In this document: positions 52,927 through 62,572 of the stretch, in pieces
How positions within the stretch are numbered: the first letter of the stretch is position 1
Layout: each line of letters opens with the position of its first letter
Virus record (IMG/VR): IMGVR_UViG_3300037361_000044
Location: 64,001 to 128,000 of that record
Direction: 5' to 3' (one strand)
Length of the DNA: 64,000 nt
Source of the DNA: a virus
Taxonomy: Duplodnaviria; Caudoviricetes
Position numbers and translations under genes: made by a program
Notes under the pieces: generated by a model
Told to the model about the DNA's origin: nothing
The model's input: only the letters and a program-made list of their open reading frames with translations
The model's database searches: none

Positions 52927-54308
52927 CAGCAGTAGATGCCAGAGACGCCCGCAACCATGCACACCTCGCGGCGCACGTCCCATTCGACCTCCGGAGCCTC
53001 CTGCAGTGCCTGGACGAACTGCTCCTTGCCATCGATCTGGCAGAGGTAGTCGTCCGGCTTGCCGTTGCGGAAGAAGGTGAACTTTCCTCCCGCCTCGCGG
53101 ATGACCCCATAGCGAAGGCCTGCCAGGAGCACGGTGTTGTACAGGTTGAAGCCACGCTCATCGTAGTAGTAGGGTGTGTCTCCTACGATGTTGTCGTGGG
53201 TGCCTTCTCTGCCCTTTGGCATCTTCCAGTTGATTTGCTTACCGACCACCACCTTGCTGCTGCCCTCCTTGAGCTTCTCACCGCTGCTCACCTGTACGTG
53301 GATTGCGCGCCAATGCTGCAGCGCCCAGGCGGACTTGTCGTCGGAGTAGTCTGGCAAGTACTTCTGCATGGGCCCAGGTGCTTCCGCCTTCTTGCGGTTG
53401 GTTCGAACCTGGGTGGTCATCATAAGCGTGGTGTAGTGCTCGGGGCTTCGTTTGATTGGACCGTAGTGCTGCATAAACCTGGTGATGAGGTTGGCACGGG
53501 CTGCCTGCTGAGCGTTGTCCTCGAGGGAGTCCAGACCAGCCTCTGCCCCGGGTATGAGGCTTTCGTAGCTGTCCAGGCCGATGATGCCGTACAGGTTGGA
53601 CCGGAGCAGGTCCTCAGTAGCATCCAGGATCTCCTCCATGGTCCCGGTCTCGATGATGGTGTTGGTGCCTACACTTCTGCGAAGCTCAGCCACCTCTTCC
53701 TTGGTGAGCGGTGGGTACCCCTGCTCCTCTCTCGACAGCTGCATGGCCTCGATGACGTTGAGCGGAAGCGGCACGATCCATCCGCAACGTCGAGCTTGGA
53801 TGTAGTCGATCCCTCCCTCAGGCGCGCCTAGGGCGATGAATGAGTAGTCCCCGTAAATACGCTGATGCTGCGCGAAGGTGTAATAGAGCAGCGTTGACTT
53901 GCTTGCCTGAGGTGGACCGCCGATCGTGACAAAGGACTGCGCAGGGAAGCCGCCGCCCAGGTCTACGTCCAATTGCAGGATGCCTGTGGGTCGGCGCAAG
54001 TACGAGTTCGAGCAGGCACTATCGGCAGGTATGACAATGGGCGGGCCGTCTTTTCCGCTGATGGAGGTGTTGATCTTGTTCAGCGTGGCGTTTACTTTGG
54101 CCTGCTGCTGCGCCAGTGTGGTGTTGGGGCGCCCTGCTAATCTCTTCACCTTAGCCCCGCCCTTACCAATCGCTGGTGCGCGGGGAGCCGGTGTTCTTGG
54201 CGGGCTGGGGGCTACGGCCGCTTTGCTTGTAGTCCCCTTTGCCACCTTCGGTGCAGCCTTTGCTGCTGTCTTCTTCGCAACCTTCTTCTTCTTCTTCGCA
54301 GCCATCAT
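52926..54308 (-). CDS. recA: RecA/UvsX-like recombinase
   Basis: PTGILQLDVDLGGGFP, Walker A GPPQASKST, IIGLDS, AR and QVR; basic N-terminal tail. Confidence 0.85.
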   Translation of the reverse strand: MMAAKKKKKVAKKTAAKAAPKVAKGTTSKAAVAPSPPRTPAPRAPAIGKGGAKVKRLAGRPNTTLAQQQAKVNATLNKINTSISGKDGPPIVIPADSACSNSYLRRPTGILQLDVDLGGGFPAQSFVTIGGPPQASKSTLLYYTFAQHQRIYGDYSFIALGAPEGGIDYIQARRCGWIVPLPLNVIEAMQLSREEQGYPPLTKEEVAELRRSVGTNTIIETGTMEEILDATEDLLRSNLYGIIGLDSYESLIPGAEAGLDSLEDNAQQAARANLITRFMQHYGPIKRSPEHYTTLMMTTQVRTNRKKAEAPGPMQKYLPDYSDDKSAWALQHWRAIHVQVSSGEKLKEGSSKVVVGKQINWKMPKGREGTHDNIVGDTPYYYDERGFNLYNTVLLAGLRYGVIREAGGKFTFFRNGKPDDYLCQIDGKEQFVQALQEAPEVEWDVRREVCMVAGVSGIYC

Positions 54309-54463
54309 TCCCTTTTCTTCTCGAACGGTTTTGTGCCGCAATTGGGGCAAATGAGTAGGTGGCCATGCCGTTCGCACTTGGCCCCGCACTCAGGGCAGCC
54401 TTGGGCAGCTGCCTTTTCCATCACGTCTTGCTCTACCGATTCGTCAACTCCGAGCTTGTCCAT
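54305..54463 (-). CDS. Small Zn-ribbon protein
   Basis: CPECG and CPNCG; GGAG RBS. Confidence 0.65.
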   Translation of the reverse strand: MDKLGVDESVEQDVMEKAAAQGCPECGAKCERHGHLLICPNCGTKPFEKKRE

Positions 54464-54764
54464 TTGTTTTCTCCAGGTTCTGCAGGGCTCTTGAGAAGTC
54501 CGTGCGTGCCTTGGAGAAGTGTACCCCAAAACCACGCCCAACGCTGGGCGCTGGGTGGGTTCCCCGGTACTGGACCAGGTTGCTTGTATTGGCCAGCCGC
54601 GGTCTGGTGAGTACGAACTTCCCGAAGCCGGCCAGTACAACCGGTTCACCCCGTGCCACCGCGTCTATGATCTTCCGCAGGAACAGCGCTGTGGTGCAGG
54701 CGGTGTCAGCTAGGGTGCTGCCAACCTCCTGAGCCACCTCTCTATCCAGATCGGCCTTGTTCAT
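54444..54764 (-). CDS. HU/IHF-like DNA-binding protein
   Basis: MNKADL...GEPVVLAGFGKF. Confidence 0.85.
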   Translation of the reverse strand: MNKADLDREVAQEVGSTLADTACTTALFLRKIIDAVARGEPVVLAGFGKFVLTRPRLANTSNLVQYRGTHPAPSVGRGFGVHFSKARTDFSRALQNLEKTNGQARS

Positions 54765-54766
54765 GG

Positions 54767-55510
54767 TCAGTCCTCGTCGGGTACCTGAATGCACTCGAAG
54801 GGGAAGCCAAGCGCGCCGCCCTTGAAGGCAGCTTCGGGAACAATCTTCAACCAGCGTGGAGGGTCGTTCCGGAAATAGAACCCCCGCGACTGCGCCTGGT
54901 CCTTATCCGCCTTGGACACCATAGCCTTCACGGTAATGTGCGGCTCCATCGCTTGCTCCACAAGCTCCACCAAGTCGTAGCCAAGCTCATGCACCTTGGT
55001 CAGAAGCCGGGCGATGATGTCGCAGTCCGTGAGCGCGCGGTGGGCGGAGATGACAGGTACGCCGTGCGCCAGCGCTATGGATACCAGGCTCTTGCTGCCG
55101 TACTTGTTGGGCCAATGGATGTTGGCTAGCGTGCACACCCACTTCTTCTCGTCCACCAGACCCTTGTCGATAGTACCTGCCTGTTTCAGCATGCGCTTGT
55201 CGAAGGTCGCACTGTGGGCAAGTACGGCGCCAGCCCTGTCCATGAGATCGTGCAGTACTGCAGACGCTGGCGAGTTCTCTAAGGCCGTGGATAGGTCCAG
55301 CAGCGACTGCGGTATCCCGTGCACTTCTTCCGCTGTCATCCCACCAATGCTGCTGGGTGGAGGGGTCTTCACGGGGATGAGCGTGGAGAACGTGGTTACT
55401 GGTGCCGCGTGGACCAGGCTGTACAGAATCATGGCCACTTCGACTACTAGGTCTGAGTGGCGGAAGCCGGTGGTCTCGGTGTCGGTGATGAGTATTAGGT
55501 CTAGTGACAT
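54767..55510 (-). CDS. DEDDh 3'-5' exonuclease (DnaQ-like)
   Basis: DTETTG, HSATFD and HRALTD. Confidence 0.9.
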   Translation of the reverse strand: MSLDLILITDTETTGFRHSDLVVEVAMILYSLVHAAPVTTFSTLIPVKTPPPSSIGGMTAEEVHGIPQSLLDLSTALENSPASAVLHDLMDRAGAVLAHSATFDKRMLKQAGTIDKGLVDEKKWVCTLANIHWPNKYGSKSLVSIALAHGVPVISAHRALTDCDIIARLLTKVHELGYDLVELVEQAMEPHITVKAMVSKADKDQAQSRGFYFRNDPPRWLKIVPEAAFKGGALGFPFECIQVPDED

Positions 55511-55517
55511 GTGGTTC

Positions 55518-57572
55518 CTACTTAGCTGAGCCCCAGGAGGGACCCGATCCGACGTCGGCAAGCAGTGGTACGCCGATGTCCGTGGGGAATGGATGTTCCA
55601 TCCACTCGTGGATTCTGTTCTTTACCTCAGGTACGCTGTCGATGGGGCACTCTCCAACGATTTCATCGTGGACCTGCAGGCACATGCGATAGCCGTATTT
55701 CTCGCGAAGCTCCACGTCTTGGTAGAGGTGAATCATCGCCATCTTGCAGGCCTCTGCGGCGGTACCCTGAATGGGCATGTTGGAGGCTTGGCGTTCGGCT
55801 CTGAATCGAATGTAGTCCTTCTTGGCGTTGATGTTGGGTAGGCGTCGGCGCCTGCCAAGGAACGTGTACGCAGCTCCGTGCTCGCGGGCTAGTTCGCCTG
55901 CCTCGTCGAAGAACATCTGCACGGCCGGGTATTTGGCCATGTACTGTTCGATCTTTGCTTCAGCCTCCTCCACGGAGCAGCCCATGCGTGCAGCCATGGC
56001 CTTCTCCTTCATACCGTAGTTCAAGCCGAACCCGATGGTCTTGGCGTCACCACGTGCTTTGAGGCATTGCAGCACGTACTTGGTCATCTCCGTAGGCGGT
56101 AACTTCCCTTCCTTGACCTGCTTGTCCACCTTCTTGGCTAGTACAATATCGTCGTAGGGAAGGTCAAACACAAGGGAGGCGTTACCCATGTGGATGTCCC
56201 AGTTCCTGTGAAAGATGGCCATCATGGCCGGTTCCTGTGAGGCAGCTGCCAGGATGCGCATCTCTAGCTGCGAGTAGTCAGCCACCACCATCGAATAGCC
56301 AGGCGCGGCAATGAACGCGTTACGAAGGTGGAACCTATCCTTCTCGCCAGTCGTGACGTTCTGCATGTTAGGGTCGCTCGAGGAGAGGCGTCCCGTGCGT
56401 GCTACGTCTTGGTTCAACTTCATGTGCACACGGTCTTCGCTATCGAGCCGTGCCGGCATCTTCTGGATGTACGTACTGTACTGCTTGGAGATGGCCTCGT
56501 GCTCTACCAAGAGCTTGGCCACCTTTCCTACGGTGGTTCCTGGCCTATCGTCGGCAATCCACTGTAAGAACTTCGCATCGACTGACGGCTTCTTTACACC
56601 TGACTTGCCGCCCTTGGTCATCTTGTGCGGTCGTATGCCGTTCTCTTCGCAGAAGTACTTGGCTAGACCTGGACCACCGGTCTTCATGAGGCGCCCTGTG
56701 AGGCTGTTTATCTCGAAGCGCAGTGCCTCCATGTCACTGATGATGCTGGGTGTGATCTTCTCCAGGTAGGGGCGGTCCACTCGTAGACCGTTTCTCTCGC
56801 ATGCGTAGAGGACACGGGTGAATGGCACCTCCGTCTGGTCGTAGTAGTCCTTCATCGTTCTGATGTAGGGCCACTGGTCGTCGTAGAAGCTCTGTACAGG
56901 GGTCTCCGACATCTCCTTGGCTAACAGCTGTTCCAGTTTCCACGTGCCGTAGGCGTCGTTGGCAGCGTAGTCGATGAGCTTCCCCATGTTCTCTTGCTCT
57001 GCCTTGTGCAGCACATCGAGTGGGGAGATCTGCCGGAACATGCCGCAGCCGGTCTTCTTGCAGTAGCCAGTCTTGTTCTCGTGGGCAGCCTGCGTGGCAC
57101 CACAGCGGCATACGCCCTTGCGTACTCTGCCGAAGGTGTCTTCGAAGTTGGTCCATTTCCAACCCAGCATGCGTAGCGCCATCTCCTTCAAGCCGTGTGG
57201 CTCCTCGTCGTACAGGAGCGCGTGCATTACGGAGACATCTACGAGTCTCCCGGCGATGTTGACACCGCGGTTGGCGCACATGTGAACATCGAACTTTGCG
57301 TTGGCGAAGATCCAGTTCTTGTTCAAGTCCGCGAAGGAGTACTTGAACGCCTGCATGGTTTCCGCCGGCATTGTGAGTCTGCGGTCTCTCCCGTTTGAAC
57401 TTGTCCAACTCAAGGACCAGTAGAACGGCTTGCAACGCATGAGGTCGAGACCGTCGGTCTCGGTGTCGATGGCCACCTTCTTCTGGTCGTAGACCTCTCT
57501 GACGACGCCATCTAGGGCTGGGTCACTCAGCGTGTAGTACTCGGCGTCTGGTACGTCTAGGTTCCATGCCAT
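55518..57572 (-). CDS. polA: Family A DNA polymerase (3'-5' exonuclease plus polymerase)
   Basis: DTET, NAKFD, YAAND, TGRLSS, DYSQLEMR, RGDAKTIGFGLNYG and QVHDE. Confidence 0.96.
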   Translation of the reverse strand: MAWNLDVPDAEYYTLSDPALDGVVREVYDQKKVAIDTETDGLDLMRCKPFYWSLSWTSSNGRDRRLTMPAETMQAFKYSFADLNKNWIFANAKFDVHMCANRGVNIAGRLVDVSVMHALLYDEEPHGLKEMALRMLGWKWTNFEDTFGRVRKGVCRCGATQAAHENKTGYCKKTGCGMFRQISPLDVLHKAEQENMGKLIDYAANDAYGTWKLEQLLAKEMSETPVQSFYDDQWPYIRTMKDYYDQTEVPFTRVLYACERNGLRVDRPYLEKITPSIISDMEALRFEINSLTGRLMKTGGPGLAKYFCEENGIRPHKMTKGGKSGVKKPSVDAKFLQWIADDRPGTTVGKVAKLLVEHEAISKQYSTYIQKMPARLDSEDRVHMKLNQDVARTGRLSSSDPNMQNVTTGEKDRFHLRNAFIAAPGYSMVVADYSQLEMRILAAASQEPAMMAIFHRNWDIHMGNASLVFDLPYDDIVLAKKVDKQVKEGKLPPTEMTKYVLQCLKARGDAKTIGFGLNYGMKEKAMAARMGCSVEEAEAKIEQYMAKYPAVQMFFDEAGELAREHGAAYTFLGRRRRLPNINAKKDYIRFRAERQASNMPIQGTAAEACKMAMIHLYQDVELREKYGYRMCLQVHDEIVGECPIDSVPEVKNRIHEWMEHPFPTDIGVPLLADVGSGPSWGSAK

Positions 57573-57610
57573 GGCTAAGAGAGAAGGCCCCCACAGGTGT
57601 AGGGGCCCTC
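57573..57610 (-). terminator. Terminator with TAGCC tail abutting the polA ATG
   Basis: GGCCCC...GGGGCC stem then TTCTCTC-TTAGCC-ATG. Confidence 0.65.
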
Positions 57611-57626
57611 CACCTTTCTGTGCTCG

Positions 57627-58832
57627 TTAGGCTGTTGGTCGGTACGGGCGCGTGCCCTTGCTTATCGGTTGACGGGTACCCTTCGGCACCGTGTCGGTCA
57701 TGACGTCGTCATCACCCGGAGGTACACCGAACAATGACTCTTGGCGTTCCAAACTGTCCGGCATGAAGATCTTCGGCAGGTCCAGCGGTTGCCGCAAGTC
57801 TTCTCCGTACATGTCTGCAATCGGCCGCGGCCCCATGGCCCCCGTGATTTGCAGAGCGGTCTGGTTACCGCCGTCCTTGGCAGTGGTTTCAACCCGCTTC
57901 ACCTTCAAGTCGAAGTCGAATAGGGTTGCCGGCTCTCCTTGATCACAGTTGTTACACTGGACCATGTCCTCGAGGTAGTCGGTAGCGCCGCAATGCGGGC
58001 AACGAGCTTCCTCAGTACGTAGCCGCTCCAAGTCTTCCTCATCCAGGGCCGTAGTGGACATGTCCACCACTGCTTCACCACAGTGTTGACAGATGAATGC
58101 CAGCTCTTCGATGGTGTCCGTACCGCCACACGTGTGGCAATTCTTGGCTAGGCTGTCTGCAAACTCTTGCAGCACTGCCCAGTGACCATAGGTCATTGAC
58201 CAATGCATCACGTGCCCTTCTTTGCGCTCGTACCCAGCCGCCGCGTACTCATCGTTCCCGCGTTTGGACCCCTTTACCCAGTTGTAGTAGGGCTCGTGGG
58301 TATTCGGGTTGATCTTCTCGTTGCCGTTAGCGTCCCTGTCAGGGACTTTGTAGAACGGTGCCTGTACCAGCACCGAGAAGGCCCACTTCTCACTGCGACG
58401 CATAGCATTTGGGTGCTTCGCCTTGTGCTTGTTGCGCTGGCGCCACTCCCACCAGTACCAATCGGCGGCGAGGCAAGGTTCTCCCTTACCTTTGAACATG
58501 CCGAGAGGACCTTCGGAGCCGATAACGCCGCGTTGCCTCACCCCATGGAAGTAGTCAACGTACTTCCAGAATGGCGTGAGGTCCGTGATGATTTGACCGG
58601 CATCATTGTAGTAGTAGTCTCTGTTGTCTTGGTCGATCCTGGGTGTCGGGTACGAGCCCTGTAGTATGCGGATGATGTCCGCAGGTCCGGTAGTGGGCGG
58701 CAAGTAGCGGTTGCGGAAGTTTGCTCCGCCTCCACCACCTCCCCCTCGAGGCGCACGCTGGGTGCTCCTCTTCATTTGCTGTCGTAGGTTAGCTCTGCCT
58801 GGTGTTACAGGTCGACTTTTTCCGAATGCCAT
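57627..58832 (-). CDS. Putative ssDNA-binding protein with Zn-finger insertion
   Basis: Between primase and polymerase; aromatic-rich, four CxxC pairs, acidic C-region. Confidence 0.55.
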   Translation of the reverse strand: MAFGKSRPVTPGRANLRQQMKRSTQRAPRGGGGGGGANFRNRYLPPTTGPADIIRILQGSYPTPRIDQDNRDYYYNDAGQIITDLTPFWKYVDYFHGVRQRGVIGSEGPLGMFKGKGEPCLAADWYWWEWRQRNKHKAKHPNAMRRSEKWAFSVLVQAPFYKVPDRDANGNEKINPNTHEPYYNWVKGSKRGNDEYAAAGYERKEGHVMHWSMTYGHWAVLQEFADSLAKNCHTCGGTDTIEELAFICQHCGEAVVDMSTTALDEEDLERLRTEEARCPHCGATDYLEDMVQCNNCDQGEPATLFDFDLKVKRVETTAKDGGNQTALQITGAMGPRPIADMYGEDLRQPLDLPKIFMPDSLERQESLFGVPPGDDDVMTDTVPKGTRQPISKGTRPYRPTA

Positions 58833-58872
58833 TTTTGTTCTTCCGTGGCCACTTAGGGGCCGTTGTATTTGC

Positions 58873-59844
58873 TCAGAATAGAGCCATCAGTTGGTAGTCC
58901 GTCGCGGACTGAATCAGCCCTTTTACTTCCTCACGAGGAACTCCGTCGGGCTGCAACGCATCGTATTCCACAATGCGTACGTCGGGGCAAAATGTAGCCA
59001 GTTCTTTGCTGATTGTTATGGTCCCGTCGATGCCGGCGTCGTCGTTATCCAGCATCAGGATGAATGGTCCTCCCATCTTTTGTAGTATCCAACGCTGTGC
59101 CCAGCTTAGTGTTTTGGTCATCAGACCGACTACGTTGGGAACTTGTGCCTGCCAGACCCACATGCAGGCCTTGAAGCCTTCCACGATTACAATCGGTACG
59201 TTGGAGGCCTTCATGACCTCCGGGAATACCACGTGGGCATTCCAGAGCAGGTTGCTCTTGTCCGTGTCGTAAGGCGGAAGCTCCCAGTGCCGGTACTCCT
59301 CCTTGTAAACCTTGTACCTGGACTCCATGTGTTCCAACCGCGCGCGCCCGCTGATGCCAACTAGGTTGCCGTGCAGGTCACGCAGAGGGTAGGTTGTCCG
59401 GTTGTGGTACTCGTCCACGCCTATACCGAAGTGCAGCAGAGTCTCCTCATCGAACCCATCATCCAGCAGGTCCTCAGGGCACTTGTGGAACATCCCCAAG
59501 ATGTCACCGGGTATGTGGGCATTGGTGTCGTGCACCACCACGCCTGGCTTAGTGGGGTCCGGTGGCGGTGGAAGGTTGTCCTTCAGGGACTTCAGCGTTT
59601 GCCCGTAGTGGTAGCGGATCTCGTCGGAGGTTAGCCCAACCTTCCTGAGGAAGCTGTTGAACGTGCCCTTCTCACCACACGCGTAGCAGATGTAGAGTCC
59701 GTTCTGCGTGTTCATGGCGAAGGAGGGGCTGTTGTCGGTATGGAAGGGGCACCTCATGATGACGTTGGTAGGGCCCGCTTTCCTGATGGGCCCATCTATG
59801 TACTGCTCCAATGTGGACAGCACTTTGTCAGACGCTGCTTTCAT
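58873..59844 (-). CDS. dnaG: DNA primase
   Basis: CPFH..SPSF..CYAC zinc finger; TOPRIM VEG and DND.AG. Confidence 0.92.
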   Translation of the reverse strand: MKAASDKVLSTLEQYIDGPIRKAGPTNVIMRCPFHTDNSPSFAMNTQNGLYICYACGEKGTFNSFLRKVGLTSDEIRYHYGQTLKSLKDNLPPPPDPTKPGVVVHDTNAHIPGDILGMFHKCPEDLLDDGFDEETLLHFGIGVDEYHNRTTYPLRDLHGNLVGISGRARLEHMESRYKVYKEEYRHWELPPYDTDKSNLLWNAHVVFPEVMKASNVPIVIVEGFKACMWVWQAQVPNVVGLMTKTLSWAQRWILQKMGGPFILMLDNDDAGIDGTITISKELATFCPDVRIVEYDALQPDGVPREEVKGLIQSATDYQLMALF

Positions 59845-61307
59845 CTAACCCTCATTCCTCTTGGTACGGATAGGTTCTGCAGGCGGCTCTGCGTGGCCGC
59901 CTGCGTCGTCCTCGCTATCTCGCTCTTTCTGGCCTTGATCGCCGCAGGGTCCTTCGATGAAGGCTTCTTCGAGGGAGGCATGACCCCACCCACGTCCTTC
60001 TCGTTGCTGCGGTCATCGCGCTGCTTGATGTTCAGCGCTTCACGTTCGTCCAAACATTGGATGAAGCTGAAGTCGGTGGCGCACTCGGCAAAGATGCGGC
60101 AGCCGCTGAACTGCCACTCACGAGAACCGCCAACGATAAGACTGGCTATGTCCTTCCCGCCAAACTCTTCCATGCGGTCTTCGTTCACCACACGCATAGC
60201 AGCCGTGGCGTCCTGAGCGATGGCGTCTGAGAATGCGATTTCGTCCAGGTTTGCGTTCTTGTGGCCGGCTGCTGCGCGTGTTGCTTGGATAGTCGCCACC
60301 ACCGGGGTCTCCGTCGCTAGAATCATCTGCCGGATGTCTCTGGAGATGTTCTGCACTCGGAAATTGTCCTTTTGGTTCTTGCCACCCTTGCTGTCGCTCA
60401 GCAGGTACATACCGTCAATGAACACAATGTCGGGCTTGTACTTGTCTACTTTGGCCTGTAGCCAATCAACTGTGTCTCCTCCGCCTCTACTGTCCTTTCC
60501 GTCCAGGGCTATCATGTTCTGGTGGTCGCGGACGTCTTTTGCAGCCTCCACGATCTGCTGCAGGGTTTCTCGCTCATCCACGGACAGCTCACCTTTACGT
60601 AGCCGTTGGTACTGGACCTGGGCCATGCACGCGCCTACGCGTTTGAATAGGTTGTCTCCTGTCATCTCTTTGGTGTAGATGAGCGGGCGCTTCCCTTGAA
60701 GAAACATGCAGGCTATGAAGTAAGCCAACATCCAGGACTTCTTACTCTTGGGCCTTCCGTAGAACACAATGTAGTCGTCGCTCTGCACCCCTTGCGTTGC
60801 GTCGTTGAATGGCTCCCACGGCCACTTGGCGATGGATAGGTCTTCACCCAGCGCCTTGCGGTCGTGGTCTATCAGTGAGCGGGATAGGGACTCTGCGAAG
60901 CTGACGTCGTTTCTTTGCCCATACCCTACAGCCAGGATGTTGCGCTGTATGCGCTCCATGGCAGCAATAGCAATCTCCATGGGATCGCCTACGCCCGTGG
61001 CTATCTGACGCACCACGGTCTGCAGCTCGAGCTTGTGCTTCTGCTGGCGTACCTGTTTGCATAGCGCCTCCAGGGACATCGTCTGGTCGCTGCAGAACAC
61101 GAAGTCGGGGTACAGGTTCCTGATAGCGTTCGTACCCAGCATTGACCTCTTGAATTGCGGGTCACGCAGCGCATACATCATTCCATCAAAGATGGCGTGC
61201 CCCTCGTCCGTGATGAAGTCGTCTTCTCTGATGCCCCAGTTCAGTGCCTCATTGAGCTCGCCATGTTCAATGATGTGGCTGAGTAGTTGCATTTCGGCGT
61301 TAGCCAA
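59841..61307 (-). CDS. dnaB: DnaB-like replicative helicase
   Basis: GRPKSKKS, EM, VFIDG, Q..R and SDAIAQDA. Confidence 0.88.
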   Translation of the reverse strand: MANAEMQLLSHIIEHGELNEALNWGIREDDFITDEGHAIFDGMMYALRDPQFKRSMLGTNAIRNLYPDFVFCSDQTMSLEALCKQVRQQKHKLELQTVVRQIATGVGDPMEIAIAAMERIQRNILAVGYGQRNDVSFAESLSRSLIDHDRKALGEDLSIAKWPWEPFNDATQGVQSDDYIVFYGRPKSKKSWMLAYFIACMFLQGKRPLIYTKEMTGDNLFKRVGACMAQVQYQRLRKGELSVDERETLQQIVEAAKDVRDHQNMIALDGKDSRGGGDTVDWLQAKVDKYKPDIVFIDGMYLLSDSKGGKNQKDNFRVQNISRDIRQMILATETPVVATIQATRAAAGHKNANLDEIAFSDAIAQDATAAMRVVNEDRMEEFGGKDIASLIVGGSREWQFSGCRIFAECATDFSFIQCLDEREALNIKQRDDRSNEKDVGGVMPPSKKPSSKDPAAIKARKSEIARTTQAATQSRLQNLSVPRGMRVR

Positions 61308-61334
61308 AGTTCGGTGCTCCTTGCCCGGGTGGTG

Positions 61335-61373
61335 AAAAAGGGGGGAGCCATGCTGTGTCCCAGCATGGCTCCC
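61335..61373 (-). terminator. Strong terminator upstream of dnaB
   Basis: 13-bp stem GGGAGCCATGCTG/CAGCATGGCTCCC then CCCTTTTT. Confidence 0.75.
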
Positions 61374-61441
61374 GTCAATGAGTCCTGTCAGACCCCAATA
61401 CCTTGTGGTGGGTACCCTGACAGGTCACCACGTCTTGGGGG

Positions 61442-61780
61442 TTATACCGAGGGCGCCTCGGTGGCTGTACCTGCGTGTTCCCCGATCCCACCAGGGTCGG
61501 GTGGGAAGAGCGGCCCGCCGGAAGACGCCACAGCCCCGGCTCCTTCCGTTTCGAACACCAGGCTGGCCAGGTCCTGCTCCATGCTTGCCCGCAGCTCCTC
61601 GAGTAGCGCCAGCGTGGTTGGAGACCAGTGTGAGCACGTGGTTCTACCGTAGGTCGACCCAGTTCTGGTATCGATGAAGGCACCGTGGCCGACCAGCGAG
61701 TGCCCTCGGTTGGCGAAGTTGATCTCCTCCATCTCCAGCAACGTCACAGCATTGAATCTAGGTGAGCCTTCTACCGGCAT
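61442..61780 (-). CDS. Hypothetical protein
   Basis: GGAGG RBS. Confidence 0.65.
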   Translation of the reverse strand: MPVEGSPRFNAVTLLEMEEINFANRGHSLVGHGAFIDTRTGSTYGRTTCSHWSPTTLALLEELRASMEQDLASLVFETEGAGAVASSGGPLFPPDPGGIGEHAGTATEAPSV

Positions 61781-61781
61781 G

Positions 61782-62114
61782 TCACCCTCCCTGTCTGGCG
61801 GTCTCTTGTTCCGCCGCCGCTTGTAGTTCCGCACAGAGTTCGTTCCAGCCGTCGGTCATCAGCTCGTGCGCCTTGTAGAACGCCAGCTCCCCTGCCTTGT
61901 TGATGGCAGTTTCACTTTGGTCACAAGCCAGGGAGACGTTCGCCGATACTTTGACTGCACCGAAGTCGGAGCTTTGCGACACGCTGATGCTGACCCGCGC
62001 AGGCTGCAGCTCTTTGTTGGACCAGAGCGCTGTGAATTTGTCCTCTGTCAGTTGTCCTCTGGTGCCGCTTTTACCTTTGGCCTTGGGCGTGCGCTCAGTC
62101 GTGAAGTCGTTCAT
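61782..62114 (-). CDS. Hypothetical protein
   Basis: ATGA-coupled ORF. Confidence 0.65.
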   Translation of the reverse strand: MNDFTTERTPKAKGKSGTRGQLTEDKFTALWSNKELQPARVSISVSQSSDFGAVKVSANVSLACDQSETAINKAGELAFYKAHELMTDGWNELCAELQAAAEQETARQGG

Positions 62115-62572
62115 AGGATGATCTTCTTCGGTATGTGGTACGTGCGCGCTGTGGTTTGAAACTCCGCCAAGCATTCTTGCGGAATCTTGCCACTGGCGAT
62201 GGCTGCTTCGACGCGGTTCTTGTCCACGGCGTATACCGTCTTCTTGGAGACAGAGCCACCGCACTGCAGAAAGAGCTCTTCACCAAGCTCTTCGTACATC
62301 TTATCTGCGTCGTTGTTGATCTTGGTACTGTAGTTGTCGAAGGGGCCGCAGGAGATGCCCTTCAAGCGTACTACCTTCTCGGCAGCCTCCAGGGCAGTGT
62401 TGTGCTGCTCCACCAGGTCGTCGAACTGACGGAACACGTCGGGATTGTCTACCCGCAGAGCCATGAGTTGTTCCTGGACGTCCAGGTAGGCACTCACTTC
62501 GGGTATGGCTTCGGCTGGCAGCCGAGCTCCGTTTTCTACGGCCGGTGTGGTCTTCTTCTTTTTAGCCGCCAT
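62111..62572 (-). CDS. Hypothetical protein
   Basis: GGAG RBS; 153 aa. Confidence 0.7.
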   Translation of the reverse strand: MAAKKKKTTPAVENGARLPAEAIPEVSAYLDVQEQLMALRVDNPDVFRQFDDLVEQHNTALEAAEKVVRLKGISCGPFDNYSTKINNDADKMYEELGEELFLQCGGSVSKKTVYAVDKNRVEAAIASGKIPQECLAEFQTTARTYHIPKKIIL

